Source: Leucoraja erinacea (lineage: Eukaryota). Taken from it: DNA of 64,000 bases. Positions 47,137-61,733 of this stretch are shown here, piece by piece (position 1 is the first letter of the stretch; each line of letters opens with the position of its first letter). The DNA is taken from the NCBI RefSeq assembly GCF_028641065.1, contig NC_073401.1:14136001-14200000 (forward strand). Direction: 5' to 3'. The position numbers and the translations under genes were made by a program. The notes beneath the pieces are model-generated. The model saw only the letters and a list, made by a program, of their open reading frames with translations. It searched no databases and had not been told where the DNA came from.

Positions 47137-49457
47137 GTAAGGGACTTTATTTTTCTGCTCTGTGTTCTGAAACTATTATAGTAACTAAATCATGAACCAG
47201 GTAAGGTAAGTGCGCAGCGCAGTGGTGCAGCTGGTGGATACCCGGGTTTGATCCTGACTTCAGCACCAGCTCAGGTGGAGTTTGCACGTTCCCCCTGCGA
47301 CCACGTTTCCTCCCGGTGCTCCGGGTTCCTCGCATTTCCCAAAGATATGCGGGTTTGTAGGGGTTAATTGACCTCTGTAAGTTGCCCCGAGTGTGTGGGG
47401 AGTGGATGACAAAGTGGGTTAACATAGAACTAGTGTGAACAGGTCAGGTGATCGATGGTCAGTGTGGACTTGGTGGGCCGAAGGGCCTGTTTCCATGTCG
47501 TAACTCTTTTAAAAAAAAATAGTGACATCATCAATCTTAGTCCAAGGTGACGTCTGAGAGTAATGGATATAAATCCCTCATTGTAATCGGCACATTACTT
47601 CTTATCTCATTCTTTACCACGGGGATTCCACTTCCAATTGAAGACCCTTCAGTTTTGACCTGTAAAGTTTAATGTTGCACAGTCTGTTGAGTGTTTCCAG
47701 CATTATCCACTTTTATTAGCGATCTCCTGCAGCTGCAGTTCTTTGGATTACCTAATCCTTACTATGTCAACCTATGTCCAGAGCCCAGACTGGCTGATCC
47801 ATTGATTTAACTCCTGGGTACTCACACCTTTAGAGATAGACTTTAAAGACACAGCGTGGAAACAGGTCCTTCGGCCCACCGAGCTCGCTCAGATCAGCGA
47901 TCACCCTGTACACTCACACTATCCTACCCACTAGGGACAGTTTAGAATTTTATTACTGAAGCCAGTGAACCTACAAACCTGCACGTTTTTGGAGTGTGGG
48001 AGGAAACCGGAGCACCCGGAGAAAACCAATGCGGTCCAGGGAGAATGTTCAAACTCCGTACATACTGCACCAAAGTCAGGATTGAACCTGGGTCTCTGAT
48101 GCTGTAAGGCAGCAACTCTAAAACTGCGCCGCTCCGCTCTGATCTTGCGTGGCCCTTTGCAGTGGCGATACTCCACCAACCTGCAACCCAAGATCAGGGG
48201 TCTCTTGAACCTCACCATATATGGAATGGACAATTTCTACCACCTCATCCCCATTGCTCCCAACTACCCAAATGCTGGTGTCCCTGAAATTCTGGGAGCG
48301 TTGGGAGGTTTAGTGCCAAAGTAAGATGTTCTTGTTCATAAATAAGATATGTTCAACTTCAAATGAAAGTTGGTGTGGCGCAGTGGTAGAGTTGCTGCCT
48401 CACAGCGCCAGAGACCCGGGTTTGATCCTGACTGTGGGTGCTGCCTGTACAGAGTCTGTACGTTCTCCCAGTGACCGCGTGGAGGTTTCTCCAGCTGCTC
48501 CGGTTTCCTCCCACATTCCCCAGACATACAGGTTTGTAGGTTCATTGGCTTTGGTAAAAAAAGATTGTAAATTGCCCCTGGTGTGTAGGATAGTGTGTCT
48601 TGTATGGGGTGATCGCGGGTCAGCGTGGACTTGGTGGGCCGAAGGTGTTTCCGCGCTGTATCTGTAAAGTCTAAAATTGTCCCTCGTGTGTTGGATAGCG
48701 CTAGTACAACTGACAGGTGCTGAAAATTATAGTCAGTCATACAGCGTGTAAAGCCCCTTCAGCCCAACTTGCCCATGCTTACCAACATGCCCCATCTACA
48801 CTAGTCCCACCTGCCAGAGTTTGGCCCAAATCTTTCTAAACCTATCCTATCTATGTGCTTGTTCAAATGTTTATTGAACATTGCGATAATATCTGCCCCA
48901 ACTACCTTCTCTGGCAGCTCATTCCATTTACCTACCACCATTTGAGTAAAAGATTTGGCCTCGGGTTCCTATTAAATCTTGTCCCCCCTCACCTTAAACC
49001 TTAAACCTGGGTCTTGATTCTCAAACTTTGGGTAAAAGTCACCGTACATTTACCCGATCAATTCCACTCATGCTCTGATATGTAATATGGGCGGTCACGG
49101 TGGCGCAGCGGTAGAGTTGCTGCCATACAGCGCGGAAAATCCGGGTTCGATCCCGACTATGGGCGCTGTCTGTAGTTTGTATGTTCTCCCCGTGGGTTTT
49201 CTCCGAGATCTTCGGTTTCCTCCCACACTCCAAAGACGTACAGGTATGGTTCATTGTTTTGGTGTACGTGTACATTGTCCCTACTGTGTGTAGGGTAGTG
49301 TTAATGTGTGTGGATCGCTGGTCGTCGCAGACCCGGTGGGCTAAAGGCCTTGTTTACGCGCTGTATCTCTAAACTAGATTAAACTGAAACAAAACATGTT
49401 GGGTTTTTTAAATTATTTCACAAAACTCAACTCTTTTCTCTGGCTTGATTGAAACAG

Positions 49458-49733
49458 CAAATAATGTGGTTCAGGCCAGGTATTCGCCATCACCTCCGCC
49501 CAGTCCCGCTGACCGCGAGATGAGTCAACAGGAACCCATCAGCACGGCACTGGAAAGCACCAAAGAAAACCAGCAACCGGACCCCCAGTCAACGTCTCGC
49601 CCCCTCTGTGGGAAGAGCCTCTCCAATGGCCAGTCTCCCACAGGCATTCAGGAAATGGTGGCCATGTCCTCTGAGCTGGACACTTACACCATCACTAAAA
49701 AAGTGAAAGAAGTGCTAACAGACAACAACTTAG
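49458..49733 (+). CDS. CUX2: CUX2 coding exon, start of CUT repeat 3
   Basis: aaacag|CA...TTAG|gtactg; SPSPPPSP...ESTKENQQP...[30 protein letters not shown]. Confidence 0.93.
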
Positions 49734-52274
49734 GTACTGTAACACTTTCCAACAACTTTCAGTGTAGCTTAATCTGTAAATCTATCTATAAAACTGTAAA
49801 TCTTTTATCCATAATGCTGCAAATTTCTGTAATATGATTTTATGCACCTAAATTGTGTACGAAATCGTGAGGAATAGATCAGGTAGATGCACAGAGTCTC
49901 TTGCCCAGAGTAGGGGAATCAAGAACTAGAGGACATACTATAAGTTTAAGGTGAGGTGGGAAAGATTTAATATGAACGTGAGGGGGCATACAAAAGGTAT
50001 TTGTGTGACCGTGTGGGTTTGCCCCGGGTGCTCCGGTTTCCTCACGCATCCCAAAGACGTGCGGGTTTGTCGATTCTTGATTCCCCTCTCTTGGGTAACA
50101 GACTCTGTGCATTCACTCTAACAAAATGACCTGTAGGAGGTTCGTAGTGTACGGGGGAGTAAGTGTGTGGGGGTGACCCAGTGGAGATCCCTCGGTGTTC
50201 TGATGGACATCAAGCCTGGGTGGCCGCAAGGTTGTGCTTACCCTGTCCTCCCCCTGTTCCCTGTACAGGAGTGAGAAAGCATTGACGGAGCTGACTGAAA
50301 GGCCTCCTCCAGAAATGTTGTCGTTCCTTTGGTGTGCGTGCATAAATTATCAACACAAATTGGATTACTGATGATTTGTCTGAAGAAAACTAATTCAAGT
50401 TGTCGTTTCATCTTTCATGTTCTGTTTTTGTTCCAAATGCAGCATTTTTCTGCCTTGAATGTTTCGCCCCCTTTTATTTTTGTGTTTTGTGCCGTTTGCT
50501 AAATGCTTACAGCGGCTGTGTTTGTACGAACATCAAAGTTAAAACGCATCGAGAAAACTGTTTACTGTAAACAGCAGACCTTTGGGAAGAAGTGTACCAA
50601 CTTGAGAGAGTACTGAAAAGATGTTTAAAAATGATTAAATCAGAACTGCGACGAGTCCAGATCAAGAAGGAGAAATAATTGATTTACAAGCCAAATTAGT
50701 GCAGCCTTTTGGCTCTATGTATAAAAAGATGCAAGCCATAAAAAGCCATGTCCTGAACAGATGGCCTTCCTAAAGTTCATCTGCGTTCTGCACAGAGAAC
50801 TCTGTGGTGTTTATTTATTGGTTCCAGCTGCTAAAGGAAGTGGTTTTATTTATTTTTCTGGAGAAACAAGAAACAGATTACTGTTGTTTCTTTGCATTTC
50901 TCAGAGCAGCATGCACTCTGCCCAACTGCTGCACATCTGTATCCACCTTGCAGCTCGCAGAATTGCTTGCGGCAGATGCAGCTCGCACTTCCCACTAAAT
51001 TTACCCTTTGCACATTTTGCCCCGTTGTAAAACAACAACTTTGTAAGGAAAAGAAAAGTTTTGAAAGACGTAAAAAAAGTTTTACACTGATGTGTAGCTT
51101 TCTGCAGCGGGTTCTGTGCCATTCTAGTGCAAGGGGACAAAGCCACTACTTTCCTTCCCAAAGATAGAAAATTCTCACCGCTAGTGCCTCTGAGTCATTA
51201 TTTCCATTGAAACAAACACCATGTGTTGGACGGCACAGAGGCGCAGATATTAGAACTGCTGCCTCACAGTGCCAGAAGCCCAGACTTGATTCTGACCTCG
51301 GGTGCTATCTATGTGGAGTTTGCATGTTCTTCCTGTGACTGCGTGGGTTTCCTCCAGGTGCTCCGGTTTTCTCCCTCATCCCGATGACATGTAGGTTAAT
51401 TGGACTCTGTAAATTCTGAAAAGGGTCCCAACGCCAAACATCACAACTTTTATTATCTCCAGACATGCTGCCTAACTCGCTGGGCTACTCCAGCACTTTA
51501 TGTCTATCTTTGGTATAAACCAGCATCTACACTTCTTTGTTTCTACTATGCTCTGTAAGTTGTGTTTGGGGACTGGATGTGAAAGGTATACATAGAACCA
51601 GTGTGAACGGATGATCGAGGATCGTCATAGACTCAGTGGGCCGAAGCCCTGACTTCGCACTGTACTTTTATCTTTATAGTTATCAATATGATGTAATACT
51701 GGAACAAGGAACTGCAGATGCTGATTTACCAAGGATAGACGCAAAATGCTGAAGGTACTCAGCGGGTCAGGCAGCATCCCTGGGGTACCCGGATAGGCAC
51801 TCTTCAGAAGGGTCCATGATCTAACACTTCTACTTATGAGCAGTGTATCCAACTTTGTGTCCTACTGAGTTTCACTGTTTGTATCACTCGTTATCAACTT
51901 TCCCACAGCCAACAATGGACCTTTGTGGGCTCCACCTTTCCTTGATCATTTGTTCCTGACTTTGATTTGTGTTGTTACATATCTTTCATTCATTTGCTCC
52001 ATGTACCTTTTCATATCTATCCGTTCCCTCTCCCCTGACTCTCAGTCTGAAGAAAGATCTCGACCCGAAACATCACCATTTACTTTTGTCCAGAAACGCT
52101 GCCCGACCCATTGAGTTACTCCAGTACTTTGTGTCTATCTTTAGCAGGGATAATGTCAGGGGGTATGGGGTAACATGCTCATAATCTATACCAAGGGCTG
52201 TTTTAAATAATGGGTGTGCTATGCATCGTTTTGAGAAAGTTTTATAACTTAGTGGCATTTCTCGACCTTGCTAA

Positions 52275-52601
<327 letters not shown>

Positions 52602-53814
52602 TGATATCCGTAGAATTAGCATCAACTTGACCAAAATTTGCTGGCCAACACATGGTGTTGGTTTAGTTTAGTTTAGAGATCCAATGGGGAAAAAGGCCCT
52701 TTGTCCCACCAAGTCCACACCGACCATCGATCACCCATTCACACTAGCTCGATGTTATCCTACCTTCTCATCCACTCTCTACACACTAGGGGCAACTTAC
52801 AGAGGCCAACTCATTTACAAACCTACTCGGCTTAGGGATGTGGGAGGAAACCGGAGCACTCGCGGGAAACCCAGGCGGTCACAGGGAGAACGTGCAAATT
52901 CCACACAGACAGCATCCGAGGTCAGCATTGAACCCAGGTCTCTGGCGTGGTGAGGCAGCATGTCTACTGCTGTCAAGAGTCAAGTCAAGAATGTTTGATC
53001 ATCATACGTGTAGATGATGGAACAATGAAATTCTTACTTGCAGCAGCATAACAGGTCTGTAAACAATACACAGAGATAATATGTGAGAGAAAACGTCATA
53101 AATAATCACGCTACTCGTGCATAAAAATGCCAAATTCCTCAGAGCAATCAAAGATGGTTCATAGTTGATGTTAATGTTGTGCAGCGTTCAACAGCTGAAT
53201 GTGTGTTGGGACGAAGTTGTTCCTGAATCTGATAATGCTCATCCCTCATGTCTCTGAATTAAGTCATTTCAGAAGGCAGTGGGGAGAGGGTCACTTGGTG
53301 AATCTGGAGTAATTTCATAGACCAGACTACATACGGCAAGTTTCATAGAGTCATAGAGCACGGAAACAGCCCCTTTGGCTTCACTTGTCCATGCAAACTA
53401 AGATGCCCCATCTAAGCTAGTCCTATTTTCCCACATTTGGTCCACATCCCTCCTAAACCTTGCCTATCTACGTACCTGTGCAGGTGTGTCTTTTAAATGT
53501 GGTTATAGTACCTGCCTCAACTACCTAGTCTGACAGCTCTTTCCACACACCCACCACCTTCTGCGTGAAAAAGGTATCCCTCTGGTTCCTATTAAATCTT
53601 TCCCCTCTCACCATAAACCTATATTCCTCCACTCTGGGTAAAAGACTGTCATCATTCGCCCAATCAGTTCCCCTCATGATGTATAAACATCTGCAAGACC
53701 ACCCCTTATCTTTCAATTCAATTCAATTCATTTTCTATCCCCAGAGACTGTTCATGAACCAGGTGGACTTTGTGACAATCTGGTCATTTCACCGTCACTT
53801 TTGCAGAAATTATT

Positions 53815-53925
53815 TTTTTATTCCAGATTTATTTAATTAACCAAATTAAAAGTCTTCAGATGCCGTAACAGGATTTGAACTTGTGTCCGTAGATGATTAG
53901 TCTGGATTACTGGTTCAGTAACACG
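53815..53925 (-). mobile_element. Old tRNA-derived SINE head (SacSINE/Deu-SINE-like)
   Basis: Minus strand gttactgaaccagtaatccagactaatc...agttcaaatcc...aattaaataaatctggaataaaa resembles the remembered shark SINE head. Confidence 0.45.
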
Positions 53926-54775
53926 TTGCTGCTAAATCCAACAATTAATTCTCCCAAAAGTATTATAGAACATAGAACAGTACAGGAACGGGCCCTTCAG
54001 CCCACGATGTTTGTGCTGAACACGACGCCATGTTAAACTGATCGCATCTGCCTGTACATGATCCATATCCCACTATTCCCTGCACTTCCATGTGCCAATG
54101 GAAAACCTCTTAAATGCCACTATCGTATCTGCCTCAACCACCATTCCTGCCTGAACCAACCACCAATGCGTTCCAGACTCCCACCACTCTGTATACAAAA
54201 AAAAACTTACCCCATGCATTTCTATTCAGTTTTCCTCCTCTCACCTTATAGATATGCCCTCTAGTGTTGGAAATTTCCATTCTGGGAGAAAGGTTCTGAC
54301 TGTCTACCCTATCTCTGCCTCTCAACTTGTTCAACAGTTACCTCCCACATCTCAAAGGCAGTAGGTTAAGTTGCCCGCTGAGTTACTCCAGCACTTTGGG
54401 TCCTTTTGTATGTTAATCATCATCTGCAGTTTTCTGTTTCAACTACCTACAATGATAATCCCTTACTCTGTTATAGCGGACAATCGGCAATAGCAGACAC
54501 CATTCCTCCCTCCAAGGTCCGTTATAACGAGGGTTTACTGTAGTGCGATCGATGGTCAGCCTGGTCTTGGCGGGCCGAAGGGCCTGTTTCCACGCTGTAT
54601 TCGGTTCAAAAGCAGCAAAAGTGCTTCAGTCTGTTCCTCAGCAAACTGAGCCCGGGTCCAGGGAAGAGATTTACTCTGCAGGCAAACAGGATGGAGAAGG
54701 AAATGGATGGGCGAGAGGTGTGCGGGACAAAACAGTAATTGCACTAACTGTTTTTATCATTCGTTTTTTCCTCAG

Positions 54776-55049
54776 CCTATCTGAAGCGCAGGTATGGATT
54801 ACTGAATGCTGGGTCCGACAGTGATTCTCCCAGCACCCGATCAGAGTCGGCCAGCCCAGGCGTCCAGCAGCAGGTGTTCCACCATTACCAGGTCAAAAAG
54901 CCCAGGGTCGTGCTGGCACCTGAGGAGAAAGAGGCCCTAAAAAATGCCTATCTGTCAGAGCCATATCCATCCCAGCAGACCATCGAGAGCCTCGCTTCCC
55001 AGCTGAACCGCAAGACGAGCACGGTCATCAACTGGTTTCACAACTACAG
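54776..55049 (+). CDS. CUX2: CUX2 coding exon, Cut-class homeodomain
   Basis: ttcctcag|CC...TACAG|gtcagt; AYLKRRYGL...[52 protein letters not shown] (His at homeodomain position 50). Confidence 0.97.
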
Positions 55050-56506
55050 GTCAGTACACTGTTTAAAGGCCCAGAAACAACGCTTCATTAAAAGAGCTCC
55101 AGCTTCCTGCTGTCCAAGGCACTTGGGTCAGAGTTTCCACTGCCGAATTAATATTGTCCTCGTTGTCCAGAGTGGACAAAATGTGTATAAGATCATGAGA
55201 GGAATTGATGGGGTAAATGTACAGTCTGTTACCCAGAGGAGGGGAATCAAGAACCAGAAGACATAGGTTTAAGGCAAGGAGGAAAGATTTAATAAGAATG
55301 GAGGGGCAACATTTTTACACAATGGGTGGTGGGTGTATGGAACAAGGTACCGGAGGCTGGTGGTACTATCACAACGTTTTAAAAAACATTTAGACAGGTA
55401 CATGGTGGATAGGTTTTAAAGTTTAGAGAGATATAGGCCAAACGCAGGCAGGTGGGATAAGTGTAGATGGGATGTGTAGATGGGACATGTTGGTCAACAT
55501 GAGGCAAATTGGGCCGAAGGGCCTGTTTGCACTCTACGACTTTAACACGATTGGTGACAATCTAGCCACAAGGAACTGCAGGAAAGGTGCTGGGTAACTC
55601 AGTAGGTCAGGCAGCATCTGTGGAGAACATGGATAGTGAAGTTTTGGGTTAGGGCCCTTCTGATTGTAGCAGTGGGGTGGTGGAGAATACAGGAGGAGAG
55701 GTGGCGAGTGGGCAACGTGATTGGCCGATGGTTGGACAACGGCCAGTGATGAAAGGAGTACAAGGGTGAGATAATGACAGAAGAAGCACAAAGTGTGAAG
55801 CCATTGGAAGGAATATAGGTTGAAGGGAATGGGGGGGGGGGGGGGAGAACTACGTGCATATTCACTTGGGACACAGGGAAGAGAGGGGGAATAAAGATGG
55901 GGGGGGGAGGAAAAGGGGAGAGTTGCAGGAATGGAGGAATTTATTTGTAGGAATATGCATTAGAAGCCAAGTCTACAGATTCTGCTATTAAACACAGTTT
56001 CTTATCGTCTCTGGCCTTTATCACCCATCTGCCAATCACCACTCCTTAGCCGTGGTTTGCATCTATGAAACTTGGCTGCCAATGTGAATAGTCAGTTTTT
56101 GGTTGCCATCAACTTAACATCATGTTGAATTGTATTGAAAGAAACAGCGTGGAAACAGGCCCAGAGTATTCTCAGCACTCTGTGTCCATCGCAGTATCCA
56201 AAATTGCTGGCACAGACCTGGTGGCTCTGTCTGGTTTAATTTAGTTTAAAGATACAGCAAGGAAACAACCCCTTCTGCCCATAGAGTCCGCGCCAACCAT
56301 CAATTACCCGTTCACACTAGTTCTATGTTATCCCACTTTCTCATCTACTCCTTATACACTTGGGCAATTTGACAGAAGGCCAATTAATTTACAATCCCAC
56401 GCATCTTTAGATGTGGGAGGAAACAGGAACACCCGGAGGAAACCCACGTGGTCACAGGGAGAATATGCAAACTCTGTACAGACAGCCAAGGTCAGGATAG
56501 AACTCA

Positions 56507-57304
56507 AGGTTATCCACTTTGGTGGCAAGAACAGGAAGGCAGATTATTATCTGAATGGTGTCAGATTAGGAAAAGGGGAGGTACAACGAGACCTGAGTGT
56601 CCTTGTACATCAGTCACTGAAAGTAAGCATGCAGGTACAGCAGGCAGTGAAGAAAGCAAATGGCATGTTGGCCTTCATTGCGAGAGGATTTGAATTTAGG
56701 AGCAAGGCGGTCCTACTGCAGTTGTACAGAGCCCTGGTGAGACCACACCTGGAATATTGTGTGCAATTTTGGTCTCCTAATTTGAGGAAGGACATTATTA
56801 CTATTGAGGGAGTGCAGTGTAGGTTCACCAGGTTAATTCTCAGGATAGTGGGACTGACATATGATGAAAGAATGGGTCGACTGAACTTGTATTCACTGGA
56901 ATTTAGAAGGATGAGGGGATCTTATAGAAGCATATACAATTCTTAAAGGATTGGACAGGTTAGATGCAGGAAAAATGTTCCCAATGTTGGGGGAGTCCAG
57001 AACCAGGGATCACAGTTTAAGAATAAAGGGTAGGCCATTTCGGACTGAGACGATGAAAAACTTTTTCACCCAGAGAGTTGTGAATCTGTGGAATTCTCTG
57101 CCACAGAAGGCGGTGGAGGCCAATTCACTGGATGTTTTCAAAGAGAGTTAGATTTAGCTCTTTAGGGCTGAAGGAATCGGGGGATGGGGAAAAAGCAGGA
57201 ACGGGGTACTGATTTTAGATGATCAGCCATGATCATATTGAATGGTGGTGTTGGCTCGAAGGGCCGAATGGCCTACTCCTGCACCTATTTTCTATGTTTC
57301 TATG
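56507..57304 (+). mobile_element. CR1 LINE 3' fragment inserted at a SINE
   Basis: VIHFGGKNRKADYYLNG...LYRALVRPHLEYCVQFWSP with frameshifts; ctatgtttctatg tail. Confidence 0.92.
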
Positions 57305-58016
57305 AACCCGATCAGGTCTCGTTTGGCATCAGTGTCTCCCAGTCCAGTAACGCTGCACTTATACAATGTAAATGGATCCATGAAAAGAGTTTCTAAAATA
57401 TTTCATTGATAAACCCCTTTGATTCTCTGCTAGGTTATTTTTCACAGGAGCTTCATGCAACTTTCCTCCCCAGTCCATCAAACATATGGGGGAGCCGCTG
57501 CCTCACTGCACCAAAGACAGGTTTGATTGCGACAGTCTGTGTGGAGTTTGCATGTTCTCCCTGTGACTGCGTGATTTTCCCTTGGGTGCTCCGGTTTCCA
57601 CCCACATCCCAAAGACACGTGGGTTTGTAGGTAAATTGCCCTCAGAAAAATTGTCCTGAATGTGTACGTAGTGGATAAGAAAGTCGGATAGCATGGAACG
57701 ATGGTCGGCATGGACTTGGTGGCCCCGAAGGGCTGTTATCTCTAAACTAAACAAAATCTTTTAATCAGTTTTCCTCGTTTATCAGGTTTGGAAGAAATTG
57801 TGTTCATTATTTTTACAGATATAACTCAAATCTTTATCTTTAGAGCCAAACTCGAAGATAGCAAAAAGATTGCTTCTAAAAGTAGTTGAGACACCCTGGT
57901 TTTCTTTTTAACCAGAAAAAACACAAATGCTTCAGATTGATTCTTTCTCAGTTTCGAGCTTCCAATTGGCCTGATAATTTATTTCACTAATGGTGCCCTG
58001 CACACTATTTCTTCAG

Positions 58017-58872
58017 GTCCCGTGTTCGAAGGGAAACGCTTGTCGAAGATCTGCAGGGGAACGATACAGATCAGGAGCCTTCCAGGTGCCAAGGGTACAC
58101 GCACCACAACCATTCTCTCAGCACCGGCCCATCACAGAGTTCTGACTCGGAGCTGGAAGACAAGAAGGCTATTTTTGCTGAGATGAAGGGCCAGCTGCCG
58201 GTTGCAATGGTGACAGACGGGGAGAGTGAAATGGAGATCAAGCGGGAATTTGGCGAGCACTGTGAAGAGAAGGATTATGAACGCTGTTCAACGTGTTGCA
58301 TTGGAGATAGCGAAGAAAGCGCAACTTCATCCGTACATTTCTCGGGCACTCTGAAACAAGGGCGGGTCAGAGCTGGTTGTAATCATAAGGTCCACCCATT
58401 AAAGACGACCACGGTCCTGCATATCCAGAATCCGCAATGCTTGATTATCGGTTCATCTAACTACGACAAGTTTCACGTTAACTCGTCTGGTCTCGCATCT
58501 CCCGGCAAATCGCCAAAGCCAGACGAGTGTGTCCCTGCTCCGACAGCGGCAGAAAGCAACGGTTTCAAGGCGATCTCTGAGCCTGCGTGTGGTGGAGTGG
58601 AGGTGACGCTGAATTCTCCTGCAACCTCTTCGCCAGGCCTAATGTCAGTGTCTCCCGTTCCATCCTCCTCTGCTCCCATCTCGCCTTCACTCCCCACTGC
58701 CCCTCAGGGCCAGTGCTCCACCCCTGGGACCGATATCATTGCTTTGCAGCCAACCTCAAAGCTTACAAAAAGCATCCAGAGACGCAATGCAAAGATGGCC
58801 AATCTGAATAACATTATCCATCGTCTTGAAAGGGCAGCCAATCGCGAGGAACCCACAGACTGGGAATTCTAA
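58017..58872 (+). CDS. CUX2: CUX2 terminal coding exon
   Basis: cttcag|G TCC CGT GTT CGA AGG GAA; ends SSPGLMSVSPVPSSSAPISPS...[29 protein letters not shown], the CUX2-type C-terminus. Confidence 0.96.
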
Positions 58873-61420
58873 CAACAGATTTTATTACGGGCAGTGAATT
58901 TGTTAGTAGTGAAACTGCAGGACGTGACACTGAGCTCTTCAAGAGTAGGAAGAATTTTAGATGTTTAATTTAAATTGAGACTTGGCAAAGCCAAAACCAC
59001 AGTAGTTTGTGCAGAAAACTTTGAATTTTATGAATTCACTCTTCAATTAATCTTCCAGAATCATGTTTAGCATCTGAGGAAAAAATATTGACCACTATTT
59101 TAAACAAAAAAAAATTCAAACAACTTTTAGAAAATAAATATTTATTTGTACATGTCTTATATTAAGGACTGGTTGAAAACTCTGCTGTAGCAGTTTTCCT
59201 ATTTGTCATTAGCTACAAAATGAAAATAGCAAAAGTTGATTTTAGTGCCATTAAATGCACACTTGAAGTCCTGTAGTTTGCCACAGGAAGAGATTAAAGA
59301 CTATAGTCTAAAGCCATTAAACAGCACTATGATCCAGAAGGCTGACCAAATTTGCAAGCTCATGGATAGAAATTGTTTTCTTAATTTTGTCTTCAAGACA
59401 ACTAATTCATATTACCAGAAGTGAACTCTGATATAGTCAAGAAGACTCTAAAAATAGGAACCTCAACACCAGGAACAATGTTCTTAGTTTTGATCACGTG
59501 TTTTCAAACATTTGTAACACAGGGTGTTATGTGCAATTGTAAATGTTGTAGAATCTTCTGCAATAGCCTTTCTTGAACAAGCAGTAGCATGGTACGTGAT
59601 TAATTCTTCACTCTTGTTGGACATTCACTCGTGGTGTTTTGAAGTCTAATGAACAGAACTCTGCCCAACAAAAACGCGTACAGTCATTTTGGAGTTTACA
59701 TTTTGTTTTTGTAACCAACTATGAGAAGATGAGTCAAAGTCCGAAAACCATAAGAGGCAGCTGGCAAAATCTCTGGTTTAGGAAAAGAAATTTGACTTCC
59801 CAGTTGTCGTGGCCTGGTGTTCAGTGTTCAGGATTTTGTTCCTTGAGTGAACATCTTCCAGTCCCAACAATGCAGTTGGCCTCTTCAAGTCAACCCTGAT
59901 TTTTATCCACATTTTGAAGGGGTTTTTTTTCCACCTTTTTAAGATGTCGTTGATGTGATGATGTTGGTGTAATCTCATTGCTAAAGGTCGATGTGGGGTT
60001 GGATTCTTCAGGACTTCCTGCAGCACTCGATTTTTTTGTTTTGCACCAGATTTAAATCCTGTTTTGCTGAAGGCTACGGTAATGCACTTGATCAGATTCA
60101 ACTGATCCTTTTTATCCCTGCGTTCATCTTACCTTATCTTTTGTATTTGTAAAAAGGAAACATGAAGGCTGATCTCTATCTAGCCTTTGTAGTCTTTCTC
60201 TGCACTTGGCCACTAAATACAGTATATTTCTGTTGGTGTAAGCATTTTGACATGCAGCTTGATTTATTCTCTGATGCCGTGTCCCAAACACAGTGCTTTG
60301 TGTCACTGTTTTACATTCATTGCCTAAAATACTGCAGGTTGTGATAGAGCAACAAAGTAAGACAACTGCAGAGCAATGCAATGGAAGGCAAGCCATGTGT
60401 GATGACATTATTCCTTTGTGACACTGTTCAGACACATGTGAATTTTCGATGTTTTCAGTGGTACTTTATACTTATTTCTTTAAAAGAGAGCTGACGTATT
60501 TTCCTCCACAAAATATTAAGTAAGAAGAAGTTGCAAAAAAACAAAACAAATGTCAGAACAACAAAAATTAGATATGACCTGAGTATCTCATCTTAGGTGT
60601 GGCCTTTATGGGCAAGGATACCGCAGTTTATTTGATTTGATCATGAAATATGCTTTTTATTTTCTCCATTATGCATGCAGGTTTACCCTGCAATCAATCT
60701 CAAGATGGCAACTGTATTAAACCAATTGTCATAAAAATCCTGTGCAGCTGCTGCTGAATTAAAGATGTGCAGTTTTTAATGTGACAGTTGAGTCAATACA
60801 ATCAACGTTTAACAATCAATCTATTGAGCACACTCAGCAAGAAAGGTTGGCTTCACAAACCACTGTTTGAGGCCAGAAAATATGAACACCCAGGATAATA
60901 TTACTCCCTGGATCCATACATTAAGGTTTCTTAATGCTGGAAATCAATTTCCCTCTAAACATTTTCTATTTGGCGCTGTTTCGGGACCCGGTTCAGCAGG
61001 AAAGATGAGACTTCAATTAAATTTGTCTCTGAAATGGTCAACAATTTGTTATTCACTGTTGGTGAAACATGGATACTCTTCCCGGGCCAAGTTATTCCCA
61101 CCGTGCGGAAACTCTCCTGGTTGCAGTTAATGCCTTTCCGTGGCACAGGGCTACTTCCTGGTGAGTGACCTTTTTGGCTGGAAATATACTCCCAGATTTT
61201 GCAATTAACAGTGTATTGATCTCAAGGTATAATCAATATTGAGCATATTGAATTCAATGCAAAATCATTTAATGTAATGTGAGATAAGAAAGATTTGACT
61301 AAAGGAAAACATTTTTTTTTAAATCCCACAGTAATTACAATTGGAAGAAATTATATTCCACACGGGCAGTAAATGTTGAACATTGGAGAGATTAGAATGA
61401 AGCCTTAATACAATCTTAAG
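58873..61420 (+). other. Probable CUX2 3' UTR / 3' flank (true end unknown)
   Basis: AT-rich, about 2.5 kb with no recognisable repeat after the stop codon; AATAAA at 59133-59138, ATTAAA variants near 60716 and 60758. Confidence 0.55.
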
Positions 61421-61426
61421 TCTTAA

Positions 61427-61733
61427 GGGCTGCATGGTGGCACAGCGGTAGAGTTGCTGCCTTACAGCGCCAGAGCCCCGGGTTCGATACAGACCACTGT
61501 TGTCTGTGTGAAGTTTGTACATTCTCCCTGTGACCGCGTGGGTTTATTCCAGGTGCTCCGGTTTCCTCCCACACTCCAAAGATGTGCAGGTCTGTAGGTA
61601 AATTGGCTTTAGTAAAATTGTAAATTGTCTGGAGTGTAGGATAGTGTTGTTGTGCGGGGATTGTTGGTCGGCGCAGATTCAGTGGGCCAAGGGGCCTGTT
61701 TCCGTCCTGTATCTCAAAACTAAACTAAACTAA
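61427..61733 (+). mobile_element. HE1/V-SINE copy downstream of CUX2
   Basis: Full head, core and (taaac)n tail. Confidence 0.85.
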
